NCBI GenBank assembly: GCA_002269645.1
Contig: NIVC01002876.1
Span: 62,001-126,000, forward strand
Reading direction: 5' to 3'
Source: Macrostomum lignano
Taxonomy: Eukaryota
Length of the DNA stretch: 64,000 bases
Shown here in pieces: positions 46,935 through 60,399 of this stretch (position 1 is the first letter of the stretch; each line of letters starts with the position of its first letter). The notes below the pieces were generated by a model. The model saw only the letters and a program-made list of their open reading frames with translations, ran no database searches and was not told the DNA's origin. The position numbers and the translations under genes were made by a program.

Positions 46935-49900
46935 TAGAGGTCGGACGAGCAAAAATTTTTGGGTCGGGCGTGAGTAGTCGTGAATAATTTCAGCTTTGCC
47001 GTGATCGTGATCGTGATCGTGATTGGTTCGTGAAAAATTAAAAGTAAAAAATTTCCGTTCAAATTTTGTTTTTTTTTCTTCAAATTTGAATTTTTCTATC
47101 AGTTAATGTGTTTGATTCTATTTTTAAGTGCTTCTATACCATCAGCTTATACCATCTGCATCTGCCCATCTGGCTTTCTTCTCTGGTTGAGAAGGAACTC
47201 AGAGTCTGGCTGAGAAGTAAGAAGTTCTTACTTCTTAGACATTTGTGTTGCTTTTTGGCTTTCTCAAAGCTCAAACTAAGCTGAAAGCTGTAACTATTTA
47301 GTATTTTTATTTTTAAATTTTTAATTTAAAAGTAGTATTTGCTACTATTACTATTTTAGAATTTAGTATTAAATAAATAGTTAAAAAAAAATTTCATTTC
47401 ATTTTGATCATGAATTTGCATATTTGAGTTTTTCTTTCTTCTTATTATTTTTATGCTATAATAATGTATAAATAGATTAGATACTATACAGATAGATAGT
47501 AGATACTAGAGCATAATTTTATAATCTGATTGTCTAATAGTTATTTAGTAATTATAATTTATAACTAATAATTTTTAATATATAAGCATAGTATTTTTTT
47601 ACTAAAATAAATTGCTGTAAATTAAAAATTAAGGTTGACTAAGTCTAAGTACTAAGTAGCAAATATAGTATATACTTGATGGATATGCTAAATTAAATTG
47701 TTATTTGCTATTGTTATTGTCATTTGTTAATAGTAATAATAATAGTCAAACACAAATATTAAATACTTTTTCTTCTTGAATTGAATTGAATAATGAATAA
47801 TATTCAATATTCAATATAGTATTAACTATTATGTACTAGTACTATCATGTGGTACACTGGTATATTGAATATGTATGCCTGATTGCCTGATGCATAGTAG
47901 TATATTTCTAATCTATATGGTTAGTCTAAAAATATTTTTTTCTAGCCTATTTGACTTTAAAGTCTGTAGTGACTTTACATTTACACTATACTGCTATACT
48001 ATGCAATATTTTATTTAAAATATAAATAAATATTTTAATTTAAAATAATATAATACTTGTTTTTTCTTTGCTTTTCTACCTAGCAAATTAAAATAGGCAA
48101 TTACACAATATTACATTACAATTTACAATTTACAAATCAAACAATTTCAGCCATTCATTTGCAATGGCCTCTGTTGATAAGCCAACCCAGCAACCTCGAG
48201 GAAGAGGCAGTGCTGTGTGGTTGTACTTTAAAGACGTTGAAGGAAAAGAGAATTCTGCTGCTTGCCTAGCTTGTAAGAAGGAGGTTCTACGAAACACAGG
48301 ATCAACAGGCAGCATGCGAAGACACATAGAATCCTGCCATCCAATTCAATTCAAAGAGCTCCTAAACACTGAGGCAGATCGTGCAAAGCCAAAATGTAAA
48401 GATGGACCACAACCATTGAAGCAGCAGAAGTTGAGCACAATGTTTGCTCAAGCAAATGCTCAAGAATGGTCGGATTCGCACCCTCGTTCGGTTGCAATTG
48501 ATCGAAAAATTCTCCGCTTTATTGTGTTGGATTCACAGCCATTCTCTGTGGTAGAAGGTGAAGGCTTTCGCGATCTGTTGAAAGAAGCATGTCCGCAATA
48601 TCGATTGAAGAGCACTCGATTTTATCATGACAAGCTAGAGACTCTCTATGAAGAAATTAAATTGCAGGTCCAGGACGAAATAGACAGACTGCGAGATTTC
48701 GGTTTCACGTGTGACTTGTGGAGTGACGGCCAGTTGGCACTCATGTCCTTCACAATCCATTCTATCACGCCAGATTTTGAGCGTAAGCAGCTTTTACTGT
48801 GCGTAAAGCCATTCACTGATGCCCATACTGGGCTTAACATCTCGGCCGTTTTTTCGACAACCCTTGGTGAGTGGGGCATTGGCTTAGAGCAAGTCAGCCT
48901 CCTCCTGCGTGATGGGGCCAGCAACATGAAGCTTGCAGGAGAACTTCTGAAAGTACCATCTGCCCATTGTGCTGCCCACAAGCTGAACCTTGTTGTTAAG
49001 GATTCCATCTCCGGTCATCGAGGACTGAAGACAATACTTGACAAAGCACGGAGCATTGTTGGCCACTTCCACCACTCTGTAACCGCTCAAGCAAACCTCA
49101 AAACACTGCAGCTCCAGCTGAAGCTACCAACACACAGCCTCGTGCAAGATGTAGACACACGCTGGAATTCAACACTAGCCATGTTACGCCGAATCAACGA
49201 GCAAGAGGAAGCGTTTAGTGTCTATCGCACCAGACACCGACCAATTGAAATCCTGACGGACAATGAGTCAGATGTTTCAAAGAAAGCTGTCAAACTTCTT
49301 GAGATTTTTGAGGTTTTTACGCTAGAAGTCAGCAGGGAAACTGCCAGCATCTCGTGTATCTTGCCGATGGTGAAAGTGTCGCTGGAGCATCTGCAGCAGG
49401 TAGACTGCTTTGGCATCACGTACCTTCGAGACGACCTGGTGAAAGGGTTGACTCAACGCTTCTCTGACGAAAAAAAGAGTCACCACCACATTGTTGCTAC
49501 GATGTTAGACCCACGCTTCCGGCTAGATTTTTTCGATGAAGAGCAGCGCAACTTTGCTAAGGCTGAGCTCGTAAAAGCAATGAATGAAATTTTGCGTGAA
49601 ACTTCTCTTCCTACTGTTGATGGCGATACAGCCATAGACGAGGACCTCTCCGATGTATCTATCGAAACTGAGCCGTGAGTATTTCCTCTATTTCATAATT
49701 CAATGTACATGTACATGTAACAAAAAATTAAATTATAAATTACATTTGCTACATCTGTAAGTTATAAATTTTATAACTAATATATCAAAGTTCTCTTTGT
49801 TTTAACTTTTAACTTTTAATTTCACCTTTTTAGACAAACTGAGTCTCAGCCTCAGCAGCTATCTATGTCAGCCCTGTTCGAGAAGTCTTCTACTTCTAGT

Positions 49901-51153
49901 GCTGCAGCTGCAACTCTGCGTGACCTGTCTAGGGCCGGAACGCTACTGCCAGTTTCAAACAGAGGCAATGCTATGGACAAGTTGGCTCGTGAAATGGCAG
50001 CCTACCTATCAGAGCCTCGACTTCCATTTGAGGAAGACCCAATGAAGTTCTGGAGAGACAAGACTCCATCAACTGCAATGTCAGCACTTGTTCGGAAATT
50101 TCTGGGACCACCACCTACCAGTGTTCCAAGTGAGCGTATCTTCAGCAACGTTGGAAACATCTACGAGCCGAAACGACGTCGCCTGCTTGGCGAAACCGTT
50201 GAAAAGCTTGTTTTTATTAACTATAATGTTCGGAAGTTTGACCCATAGAGAAATGAGCAGGGTCCATTCAATTCATTGCTGTTATTGCTGATTAGTGATT
50301 AGTTTTACTTTTTTGAAGATTGAGATCAGAGAGACAAGATAATGATAGAGAAAATAAATAATCAAAGACTATAGAACAAGTAGAGTTGGAGCTACAAGAA
50401 AAAGTTTATCGATAAGGAATAGATAACTGTTGCTATAGTGTGTAGCTGTGTACTCTGTAGTCTGTAGACTCTGTAGTATGATTTTTTGCATGTAGCTAGT
50501 ATAGTATAGATTAGACTTAAATTAGTCATTGTAATAACACTATATGTGTAGAACGTAAAAGTAAAGTAGTAAACCTACATGTACTCTTTTATACTTCATA
50601 TTCATACACTGATAAGCTTTTCTGTTTTTCACTTTTCACTGTTTTCAGTTCTGTAGGCAGCTAAGCAAGTTAACAAACACTTGTCTGTACATGTCATGTA
50701 CTATCATGTAGTGAAATTTATATACAGTCATACATATATACAATTTATATTTTCATTCAGTGCTTTTCAGTTTTAATTTTACATTTTACAAAATAAACAA
50801 AAGATTGAAAAGAATAAGGCAGTAAGCTTTGAACTTCGAAAATCCACTTTAACTTCGAACTTTCTGAACTAAGTAAAGTAAACTGAAAACTCTATTCTGT
50901 AAGTTTTGTGTTAAAACACATTCGTTGTATTTGAAAAGAAAAACAAAAACCAAGTAAGTCTACATTTAGGACTGTACACGATTGTGGTTTGGGGAACTGA
51001 AAAGTATAAACATAGTAACATCTGAAGCTGAAAGAAACCCACAATCACGATCACGCACGTGAAAAATGTTTCACGACTCGTGAATTCACGACACTGAAAA
51101 AGGTCGTGAATTCACGATATCGTGATCACGATCGTGATCACGTCCTACCCCTA
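46935..51153 (+). mobile_element. Full-length hAT DNA transposon, 4219 bp
   Basis: Perfect 8-bp TSD TAATAGGC at 46927-46934 and 51154-51161. TIRs TAGAGGTCGGACG and TAGGGGTAGGACG match 11/13. Clustered CGTGA/TCACG subterminal repeats lie at both ends. Confidence 0.96.
48164..50248 (+). CDS. hAT transposase (BED zinc finger, DDE core, hATC dimerisation domain); 641 aa spliced
   Basis: Exons 48164-49674 and 49834-50248 joined by a phase-2 GT-AG intron, with no stops. Motifs SAVWLYF..C..C..GSTGSMRRH....H, TCDLW, RDGASNM, CAAHKLNL, TRWNS and SVPSERIFS. Confidence 0.94.
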
Positions 51154-51759
51154 TAATAGGCCTATCATTGTGGAAATAACCATTAAGAAGTGGGCTAATA
51201 TCTTATTCTGGGCTAATAGATGACTCTTTGTTTAGATGCTTTATAAATATATCCCTTAGTTAAAAACATAGTATATTGAATGCTCTAAATGATGATAGTT
51301 GCATGATCCTTTGGCAACTTTTAAAACTCTTTGGAGATATCTATGAAGAGCATTTATATTGCATCATTGCTGATCATGTCAATATGACATAAGTTGTTGC
51401 TTGATAGATCATGGGTTTCTAAACTTTTAATATTGGCCTAGTTGCGAGAGAGAATTTATATTTGCAACTAATTTCTAAATGCTTATTGAAATAAGCCCAT
51501 AAGCCCACAAGGACCAAGCAACAAAGTAACATATGAAAGGCATATAATAAAGCTCTACCTATCAAGGCTAAGACTATAATTTGCTAAGAAGCATATGACA
51601 ATAGTCTTTTGGGACAAAAAAGGCATCTTGCTAATTAAATGGCTACTAAAAAGAAAAATTACCAATTTTGGCCTAATATTACTATGAAATCAGAGAATGG
51701 CTACATGAAAAGATCAAGAATTAGAGTTATTGCTATATAATGATTACCAAGGGCATAGT

Positions 51760-52625
51760 GCTACAATGTATAGTAATAACAATTCTAAGCTACATATTGA
51801 TACTTGCAATGAAGCTCTAGACAATATCAAGAGACTAGGCTTTGACCTTCTGTCTCACCTTGCCTATTTTCCTGATTTGCCCCTTAGTGAATATTAGTTA
51901 TTACTTTACTTAAAATGAAAAAGATACATTGTAGTCATCATTATAGAAGACTTTTAAATCTTGGCTTTGCTAGGGGCCTACCAACCAGTGGTTGCAAAGT
52001 AGGCTAGCTATCCTATAGAATTGTTTGTTAAACTTACTATATGCACTTTTTAAGCTATTTATATGAAACTTTCTAAAAATGAATATTTTTATTATGCCAA
52101 CATTTAAGAAGTGTTTTGGTATTAAAATATTTGTTAGTTCAAGGGCTAGACAAACCTCTTGGTAGCACAATCTAGGTCATTTGCTAGCCATTTTCAAGTG
52201 GAAAGCACTTTATATAAAATATTTGCATTGCAGCTTAGCAGCAAAATTTCAAACCCAAAACCTCTCTCTTTTTATGCCAGACACATTTTTGCCAGTGACA
52301 TTAGCATATACATTCAAAATTGCATACTCATTAATAGTTAGTTGTTAAAATTGAAAAAAACCTAGAAATTGCAATAAAGTTAGGTTGCAACCCTCTATGA
52401 TGGAATTTAAATGCCAAAATACTTCTTAAATGTTGGCATAATAAAAATATTCATTTTTGGAAAGTTCCATGTCAATAGCTAAAAAATGTGTACATAATGA
52501 ATTTAATAAACAATTCTGCACAGGATAGCCCATAGGCCTATCTTCAAATAATTCTTTGCTCAAAGCATCAGCAAGCTACCAGAAATATGGCACAAATGTG
52601 TTCAGCCCTGGGGAAACTATGTTGT
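51760..52625 (+). pseudogene. Decayed mariner transposase remnant
   Basis: 51835-51897 reads LGFDLLSHLAYFPDLPLSEY* (compare HPPYSPDLAPSDY). 52552-52623 reads FFAQSISKLPEIWHKCVQPWGNYV (compare the mariner C-terminus). The two parts are separated by a foldback insertion. Confidence 0.65.
52007..52529. mobile_element. Foldback/MITE with ~120-bp terminal inverted repeats
   Basis: 52007-52126 is an imperfect reverse complement of 52406-52529 (e.g. AAAAATGAATATTTTTATTATGCCAACATTTAAGAAG). No clear TSD. Confidence 0.75.
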
Positions 52626-54303
52626 GAAGTGTGACTATGAGTATAACATTGATTATTTATTATTGTTTTTACTTGTTTAGAAAAATGGGGAGGTGTCGCT
52701 CGCTTAGCTAGGCCTAGGGCCTAATGCTTATGTGCTAAGCTATATAATTTGAGGGACCAATTTGCTGGCCCCTATTGCCATTTTTCTATGTGGCCACTCT
52801 ATATTATGTAGCAATTGTCATTGAAAGCATTTGGCATTGTTGTATCTGCACCCGACCCAATTGCTTGTACCACTATCCACTAGGCCCTACCTGAAATAGA
52901 TTTGCTAGAACTGCCTTGCCAGGCATATTATAATTATAACAATACTATACACTGAAACTAGTGGACTATGCACTATACTAACAATAAACAGACTCCTGAT
53001 ATAGTACAGGTGATAGACTAAGCCTAGCCTAGGTAGTTACTGTAGGCGTAGAGTCGTAGACCCGCGTAGTTTTAACTAAAATTAAAAACTGACTTGTTTA
53101 AATTGCATAGGATTCTAAGTTCGAAGCTCTATATAGGGTTTAGTATAATTTATAGTACATTTTATAATGATTTCACATAGTGCTAAACTGCTAATGCTTT
53201 ACATGCATTTATTTCAAAGTGTTACTTTAAAGTTAAATTCTTAATGAATCTTGTAAAATTAAATTAGATTGTCGCAATTATTTCATTCGGTCGCCAAAAA
53301 CACACGAGGTAGAACAATTAATATCCATGAATAGAAAGTTTTCAAAGCTTTGTTGGTCATATAAATGACTAAGTCTTTTTATTTGACCAAATATAGTTTA
53401 ACTTTACATCATCGCGCTTCTCTTTGTTATAACGGGTCACTTGTAAATAAAAAAATTTCCATTTTGAAACCTATATTCTTTTGCTGTTCGAGCCTAATTC
53501 CACGGGTGCATTTGTCCTGCGGTTTACTATGACTATGAGAGAGATCCGATCTAAATAAAATTAAAGTGTGGACATAAGCTAACGCTTGTTTACTTTTTAT
53601 AGTTTTAATTTTTTCTTTAATATTATTGAAATTTGGACTTTTTGTGCATAGTTATCGTACACATGTACTCATATACAACTATTTTCTGTTTTCGGTAACA
53701 GCAAATAGATCCAGCTAATTAATAATTGCAACTTTTCAGTTTTCGGTAACAGCAAATAGATTCAGCTAATTCATAATTAAAACTCATTCCAGTTTAGTTG
53801 CCTATTCTACCAATTTAAAATTCCGAAATTTTGAATAGTCTGAAAAGGCCCACTTTTCAATGATGTGCTTTATATGCTGTAAAATGGGAAATTAATACTA
53901 TTGGGCTAAAAGCAATAAAGAAATAGACATTTATAGTATCATGCATAAAATCTGCAATTTATTTGAAAGTCACAGCTCTCTCTATTTCACTAATATTCAT
54001 CAACCTATATTGTAATCCAAGCTGATAAATTAAATTTCAGTTTATTTCAATCTGATAAAGCATGTAGCATAAATTTCAATATGGTTAATAGTTGTTTCAT
54101 TTTCCTTTCATTTTATTGTCTCAAACATTTTTTTTTACTATTAGCTAAGTAAAGACAATTTTTTACTGGTAGATAGTGTAATAAGAACAAACAGGGTACA
54201 TTTTTACAAGATAAAAACTTAGGTTAGAGCTTGAATTTCTAACTCGTGATTTTCAGCACCTGCGTACAAATTAGAATTAATGACTTTCTGTTTCAGATCA
54301 GCC

Positions 54304-56058
54304 ATGGGCATTGGCGTCATGGTGTGGAGCTTGCTAACTAAATTTCTTTTCTGTGAAATCCTCGGCTTAGTAGCGCTATTTATGCTGCCATTTATTGAGT
54401 CCCAGCGTTGTAAAAGTCTGCTCGAATCGAGATTTTTTTCTGCATTGGACCAACGACGAGATGTCACGTTCATTTGCCTCTTTGTGCCACTGTCTGCCCT
54501 CACCGTTCATTCCACTTGGCAGCTTGTCAGATACCCACTGCCCGCTGCCGATGCGGCCAAACTGACGGATCTGCTTGCTTTGCAAAGTGACACATTCATA
54601 GTTGGTTCTGTCACGCTGCTCTGGCTTGTAATTTGGTGTACTGCTCGCCTTATCTCTAGGTATTGTTATGATCGGAATTCCAGCAGTTAAATTTAAACCA
54701 TTACTTACAAGACTCCATTATGGGCAAGCACGGTATAGACTACTTAGTTTATAGTAGCATAAAGAGTAGCATAAATTTGTTTAGTTATCTTGCCAATGCA
54801 TGCTCGATATCCTACTGTAGCTGAAACATCGGCGACCCAGATAACAAAACAGAGAAGAGCACTAAGACCCATCTTAAGTCCAAGAATACCCATCTCAAGT
54901 CCAAGAATACCCATCTCAAGTCCAAGAATACATACCTGAAGTTCGAGAATCCCAATCTCAAGTCCAAGAGTGCCCCCTCAAGTCCAAGAATACCCACCTG
55001 AAGTTCGAGAATCCCAATCTCAAGTCCAAGAATACCCACCTCAACTCCAAGAATACCCACCTCAACTCCAAGAATACCCACCTCAGGTCCAAGAATGCCC
55101 ACCTCAAATCCAAGAATACATACCTGAAGTTCGAGAATCCCAATCTCAAGTCCAAGAGTGCCCCCTCAAGTCCAAGAATACCCACCTGAAGTTCGAGAAT
55201 CCCAATCTCAAGTCCAAGAATGCACCCCTCAAGTCCAAGAATACCCACCTGAAGTTCGAGAATCCCAATCTCAAGTCCAAGAATGCACCCCTCAAGTCCA
55301 AGAATACCCACCTGAAGTTCGAGAATCCCAGTCTCAAGTCCAAGAGTTCGAGAATCCCAGTCTCAAGTCCAAGAATGCCCACCTCAGGTCCAAGAATTCC
55401 CACCTCAAATCCAATAATACATACCTAAAGTTCGAGAATCCCAATCTCAAGTCCAAGAATACCCACCTCAAGTCCGAGAATCTCAATCTCAAGTCCAAGA
55501 ATACCCACCTGAAGTCCGAGAATCTCAATCTCAAGTCCAAGAATACCCACCTCAAGTCCGAGAATCCCAGTCTCAAGTCCAAGAGTACTCATCTCAGCTC
55601 TAAGAATCCCTCATCTGACCAAAAGTCAATCCCCATCGCACAGGCTCGGCACCTTGGAATCCGAGCTGACTACAGCGCGTCAAAGGCTGGCTGATGGTGC
55701 CGCAGCTGTGGCCATCGCCACTGCGGCCGCCGCGGCTGCCAGTCCTACTGGAAATTCATCGTCTAGCGGAGCTCCCCGACGTGCAGCAGCGGACGCAGCG
55801 GGCGAGTCGAGCCGTCGCCACAGCATGGCGGTGGTGGTGGAGGCCGCGGTGGAGGCGGAGCGGACTCGGCGAGAGCTGGCGGACACTCGTGTCGCCCTGG
55901 AACGGGCCCTGGAGCGGCTGCATCGCGCCGAGCTCGACTTGTCGGCGATGCGTCGTCAGGCTGAAAGCACGAGCCGGGCGTTCGACGAACTGCTGGAGGA
56001 GCACAACCGGCTGCAGATGGCGGTGGCCGGCGGCCAGCAAAGAAAGAAAGACACCTGA
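54304..56058 (+). CDS. BCAP31: BAP31/BAP29-like ER membrane protein; 256 aa
   Basis: Exons 54304-54659 and 55644-56058 (phase 2). It has three hydrophobic segments with FLFCEI..LPFI..R..SLLESR (compare FLYAEV..CIPFISPKRW..IFKSR), a coiled coil AMRRQAESTSRAFDELLEEHNRLQ, and a C-terminal KKDT retrieval motif. Confidence 0.75.
54855..55615. repeat. Intronic minisatellite, 21 bp family (CTCAAGTCCAAGAATACCCAC)
   Basis: Array with higher-order units in the BAP31-like intron. Confidence 0.94.
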
Positions 56059-56061
56059 GTG

Positions 56062-56400
56062 CGCTGTACTCAGCAACTCAAATCCCCTTGGCTGTCAATC
56101 AGCAACTCAAATCCCCCTTGGCTGTCAATCAGCAACTCAAATCCCCCTTGGCTGTCAATCAGCAACTCAAATCCCCTTGGCTGTCAATCAGCGACTCAAA
56201 TCCCCCTTGGCTGTCAATCAGCAACTCAAATCCCCCTTGGCTGTCAATCAGCAACTCAAATCCCCTTGGCTGTACTCAGCAACTCAAATCACCTTGGCTG
56301 TCAATCAGCAACTCAGATCCCTTTGGCTGTCAATCAGCAACTCAAATCCCCTTTGGCTGTCAATCAGCAACTCAAATCCCCTTTGCTGTCAATCGCTTAA
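56062..56400. repeat. Minisatellite, 29-30 bp (AGCAACTCAAATCCCCCTTGGCTGTCAATC)
   Basis: Starts within ~10 nt of the BAP31-like stop codon. Confidence 0.94.
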
Positions 56401-57029
56401 CAACTCAAATTCCTTGGCTTTCAATTGCCGTCTAGAAGCACACCAGGAACCAAGTTATGGTTCAAAAAAGTTCTGTCAATTTCAACGAAAAAAAACAAAT
56501 CCCTTTTGCCTTTGAATAAATTTCCTACAGTATACCAAAAATATCCCAAATTCAGGAACGAACTTTCACGGCCAGAGCCATTAATGCAAATATTATAAGA
56601 CCTGCGATTTGGCTTTGTTACTCGTATAATCACATAATTGCACTGCTTACTTTTGTACTGGAACTCCGTTCCCTATAAAAAGGACACGCGCACTTATCAA
56701 TTAAAATGCAAATAACAGGCATTCCTGCATCTTTATGGCAGCTTCATCCGTGTTTTTACTCGTAACTAGCTAGAATGTATAGACAGCATCATTGCTAGCG
56801 TAGCTTGACTTTGCTAGAAGCCTTCAATTGGAGTGGAATTATCAGATAGTTAGCTAGTCAATGCTTCTGTATGAGAACTGTACAATAAATTCTGCCAGTT
56901 TGATTAACTTCTTAACATTTTCAAATTTATTTTCCCAGTTGGCATTCCTAGTATGTTTCTTTATACATTAACGTATGCAGTGGCGTGAGCTGGAGGTTTA
57001 GTTGGAGGGTTGCAAATAAAATGGGCACC

Positions 57030-57815
57030 GGAAAGGGAGGGTGCCATTGTCTCTGGGGGGAGGGCGCCGCTGTCTCTTGGAGGGGGGGCGCCACTGTCTC
57101 TTGGAGGGGGATGCCACTGTCTCTTGGAGGGGGGGGCGCCACTGTCTCTTGGAGGGGGGCGCCACTGTCTCTTGGAGGGGGGCGCCATTGTCTCTTGGGG
57201 GGCGGCGCCACAGTCTCTTGGAGGGGGGCGCCACTGTCTCTTGGAGGGGGGGGGCGCCACTGTTTCTTGGAGGGGGATGCCACTGTCTCTTGGAGGGGGG
57301 GGGCGCCACTGTCTCTTGGAGGGGGGCGCCACTGTTTCTTGGAGGGGGCGCCACTGTCTCTTGGAGGGGGATGGGCGCCACTGTCTCTTGGAGGGGGGGC
57401 GCCACTGTTTCTTGGAGGGAGGGGGGCGCCACTGTCTCTTGAAGGGGAATGCCACTGTCTCTTGGAGGGGGGCGCCACTGTCTCTTGAAGGGGGATGCCA
57501 CTGTCTCTTGGAGGGTGGCGCCACAGTCTCTTGGAGGGGGATGCCACTGTCTCTTGGAGGGTGGCGCCACTGTCTCTTGGAGGGTGATGTCACAGTCTCT
57601 TGGAGGGGGATGCCACTGTCTCTTGGAGGGTGACGCCACTGTCTCTTGGAGGGGGGTGCCATGCACAGTCTCTTGGAGGGGGATGCCACAGTCTCTTAGA
57701 GGGGGATGCCACTGTCTCTTGGAGGGTGGCGCCACTGTCTCTTGGAGGGGGCGCCACTGTCTCTTGGAAAGGGAGGGCGCCATTGTCTCTGGGGGGCGCC
57801 ACTGTTTCTTAGGGG
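57030..57815. repeat. G-rich minisatellite, 22-25 bp (GCCACTGTCTCTTGGAGGGGGGC)
   Basis: Tandem array; all ORFs over it are repeat translations. Confidence 0.95.
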
Positions 57816-59151
57816 GCGTCACTACCCCTGTAGTGTACGCCCTCTATTTCCTCTGGCTCTCTCTGCCAACGTGCAATGGCACTGGTTATTGCGTAACATA
57901 GTAGCCGCAGGTCGGCAATGAATGTATATACTTCAGTAATAAGTCGAATATTTAGTAACCGGTGGATGGTCCAGTTTTGGAGGGGCCATCAAGGGGTGGC
58001 GGTCCTCCTGACATGTATACATTCGACATGACTAGCGATCTCTTATTAAATATTGGTGTTTTAAACACTGAAGTATATAAGCAAGATATGTGTCGATAAA
58101 TTTCGCATAAAGGCTTTTACTGCGAAATGCATTTTTTTAAATTGAGTTTTGTTTTTTTCACTATATTCTACATATTCTACGATATCTCACCTCGGAATTT
58201 CCGGATTTTACTTAGAGCAAGCGTGTGTTTTGTTCGAGATTGATCCACAATTTATCTAGAATAAACTACAAAAAGTAGCTGGAGTGTTTTCTAAACAGAT
58301 TTATCGAAGATTTGCCTTTTCGAGAAAAAAATTTCGACATAAAAATGCGTCTGGAAAATAATTAGCGCCATTTGCCTGAAATTTGTCACACACATTCCTT
58401 ACAAAAGCGTTACAATATACATATGAAAAATTCTTCAAAATTGTACAGTAAGACAGAGTTCCTTAGCCTCAGACACAAGCCCAAAGGAGAATAGTTTTAA
58501 CCTCATTTATCTAATAATTTTACTCAAGCTAATTATACTGGCTATGTCCCAGAATACTACTATGATAAACTCTCAAAAAACAACTCTATAAACTTCATAA
58601 GGAGTCTGTAGTTAGTTCAAAAAGGACAGGAACGCCAACAAGAGACCACCAAGTTCATGAGTGTGTTTTTTTAAGTTCTCTCATACATGTATGTATGGTG
58701 ACTGTACCCCTCTCAGGTCGCTGTGTGACTCAAGCAAGGCTTTTAAAAGCAGAGATAAGCACAAGAAAGGCCGAATTTGAAAAAAAATTGATACGCGTTA
58801 TTTTCGGCGTATTAGATTTCTTCTGTTACGAGAAACAAAAAATCAAAGTGTAACAGAATTGAATTCTGTACAAATCTAACATTGCATTGACAATTTGAAT
58901 CGAAGAAAAAAGGATATCTGATCCTTCGCAAAGCTTTTTATTTGTGTAGTTTCTTAAAGGAGAAAATGGTCCAAGAGAAAGAACAAGATGGGCTTGCTAG
59001 TTTGCTAGTTGGCCAATCTCTATAAGTTCTTTTTTGAATAAACTGCCAAAGAAGAAAGTTTAGAGACTCTTCAAGGTTACCAGTACGAAACAAAGTTTGA
59101 CCGACTCCGAAGTGCGTTTCCGCTAGGTCTGACACTATAAAGGCTGACTGA

Positions 59152-59776
<625 letters not shown>

Positions 59777-60399
59777 TGTTGCTCTTTGACTGCATGCCAA
59801 TTTTTCCATCATCAAGTATATTACTAGTTTATCACAATAGCATCAGTCCTACGTTTCACCAAACAATCCTCAAATAAATAATACAAGATTAAATAAAAAT
59901 GTGACAAGCCAGTTTCGGAAAGACCAGACCAGCCTGACAAATCCGATGATCGCGCCATTGTGTCGTGCCAGCCTACGAGTATCGGCTGCCGGGGGGTGGG
60001 CAAATTATCTGAAATTATAGTTTGAGAATCAAATCAACATCTCAAATCAACGTCGCAATTTCCGCCCCTATTATTCCTGATAGAAAATATTAGGCGGCGG
60101 CTCTCTTTCACCCACGACTCGCCCACGACCATGTCGAAGTTACCCCCCCCCGTTGTGACGCCCCCGTGTTGATCGTGGGTGGCCCGTGCTTTAAAATCTG
60201 TGTTCCAGACAAGGTTAAAGCTCCCAAGGTTAAAACCCTGACAGGACGCCCAATCTTTTGGCTCGTGGTGCTTTTTAAAGCGCCACCACCAATGAGATTG
60301 CAGAGCCTTCAGTCAGAAAGCTACTATTTTCCCTCAGAAAGCGCCATTTTTTCTTGAAGTAGAAAGCACCAAATTTCCTTTCCTTCAGATTTTCCTTCA

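Noticed and set aside
53688-53771. Short direct duplication TTTTCGGTAACAGCAAATAGAT
   Set aside because: Only two copies and no other features; possibly an incipient minisatellite, but uninformative alone.
56976-57835. hAT MITE (CAGTGGCGT start) enclosing the G-rich minisatellite
   Set aside because: The right-hand TIR match is weak and no TSD was found.
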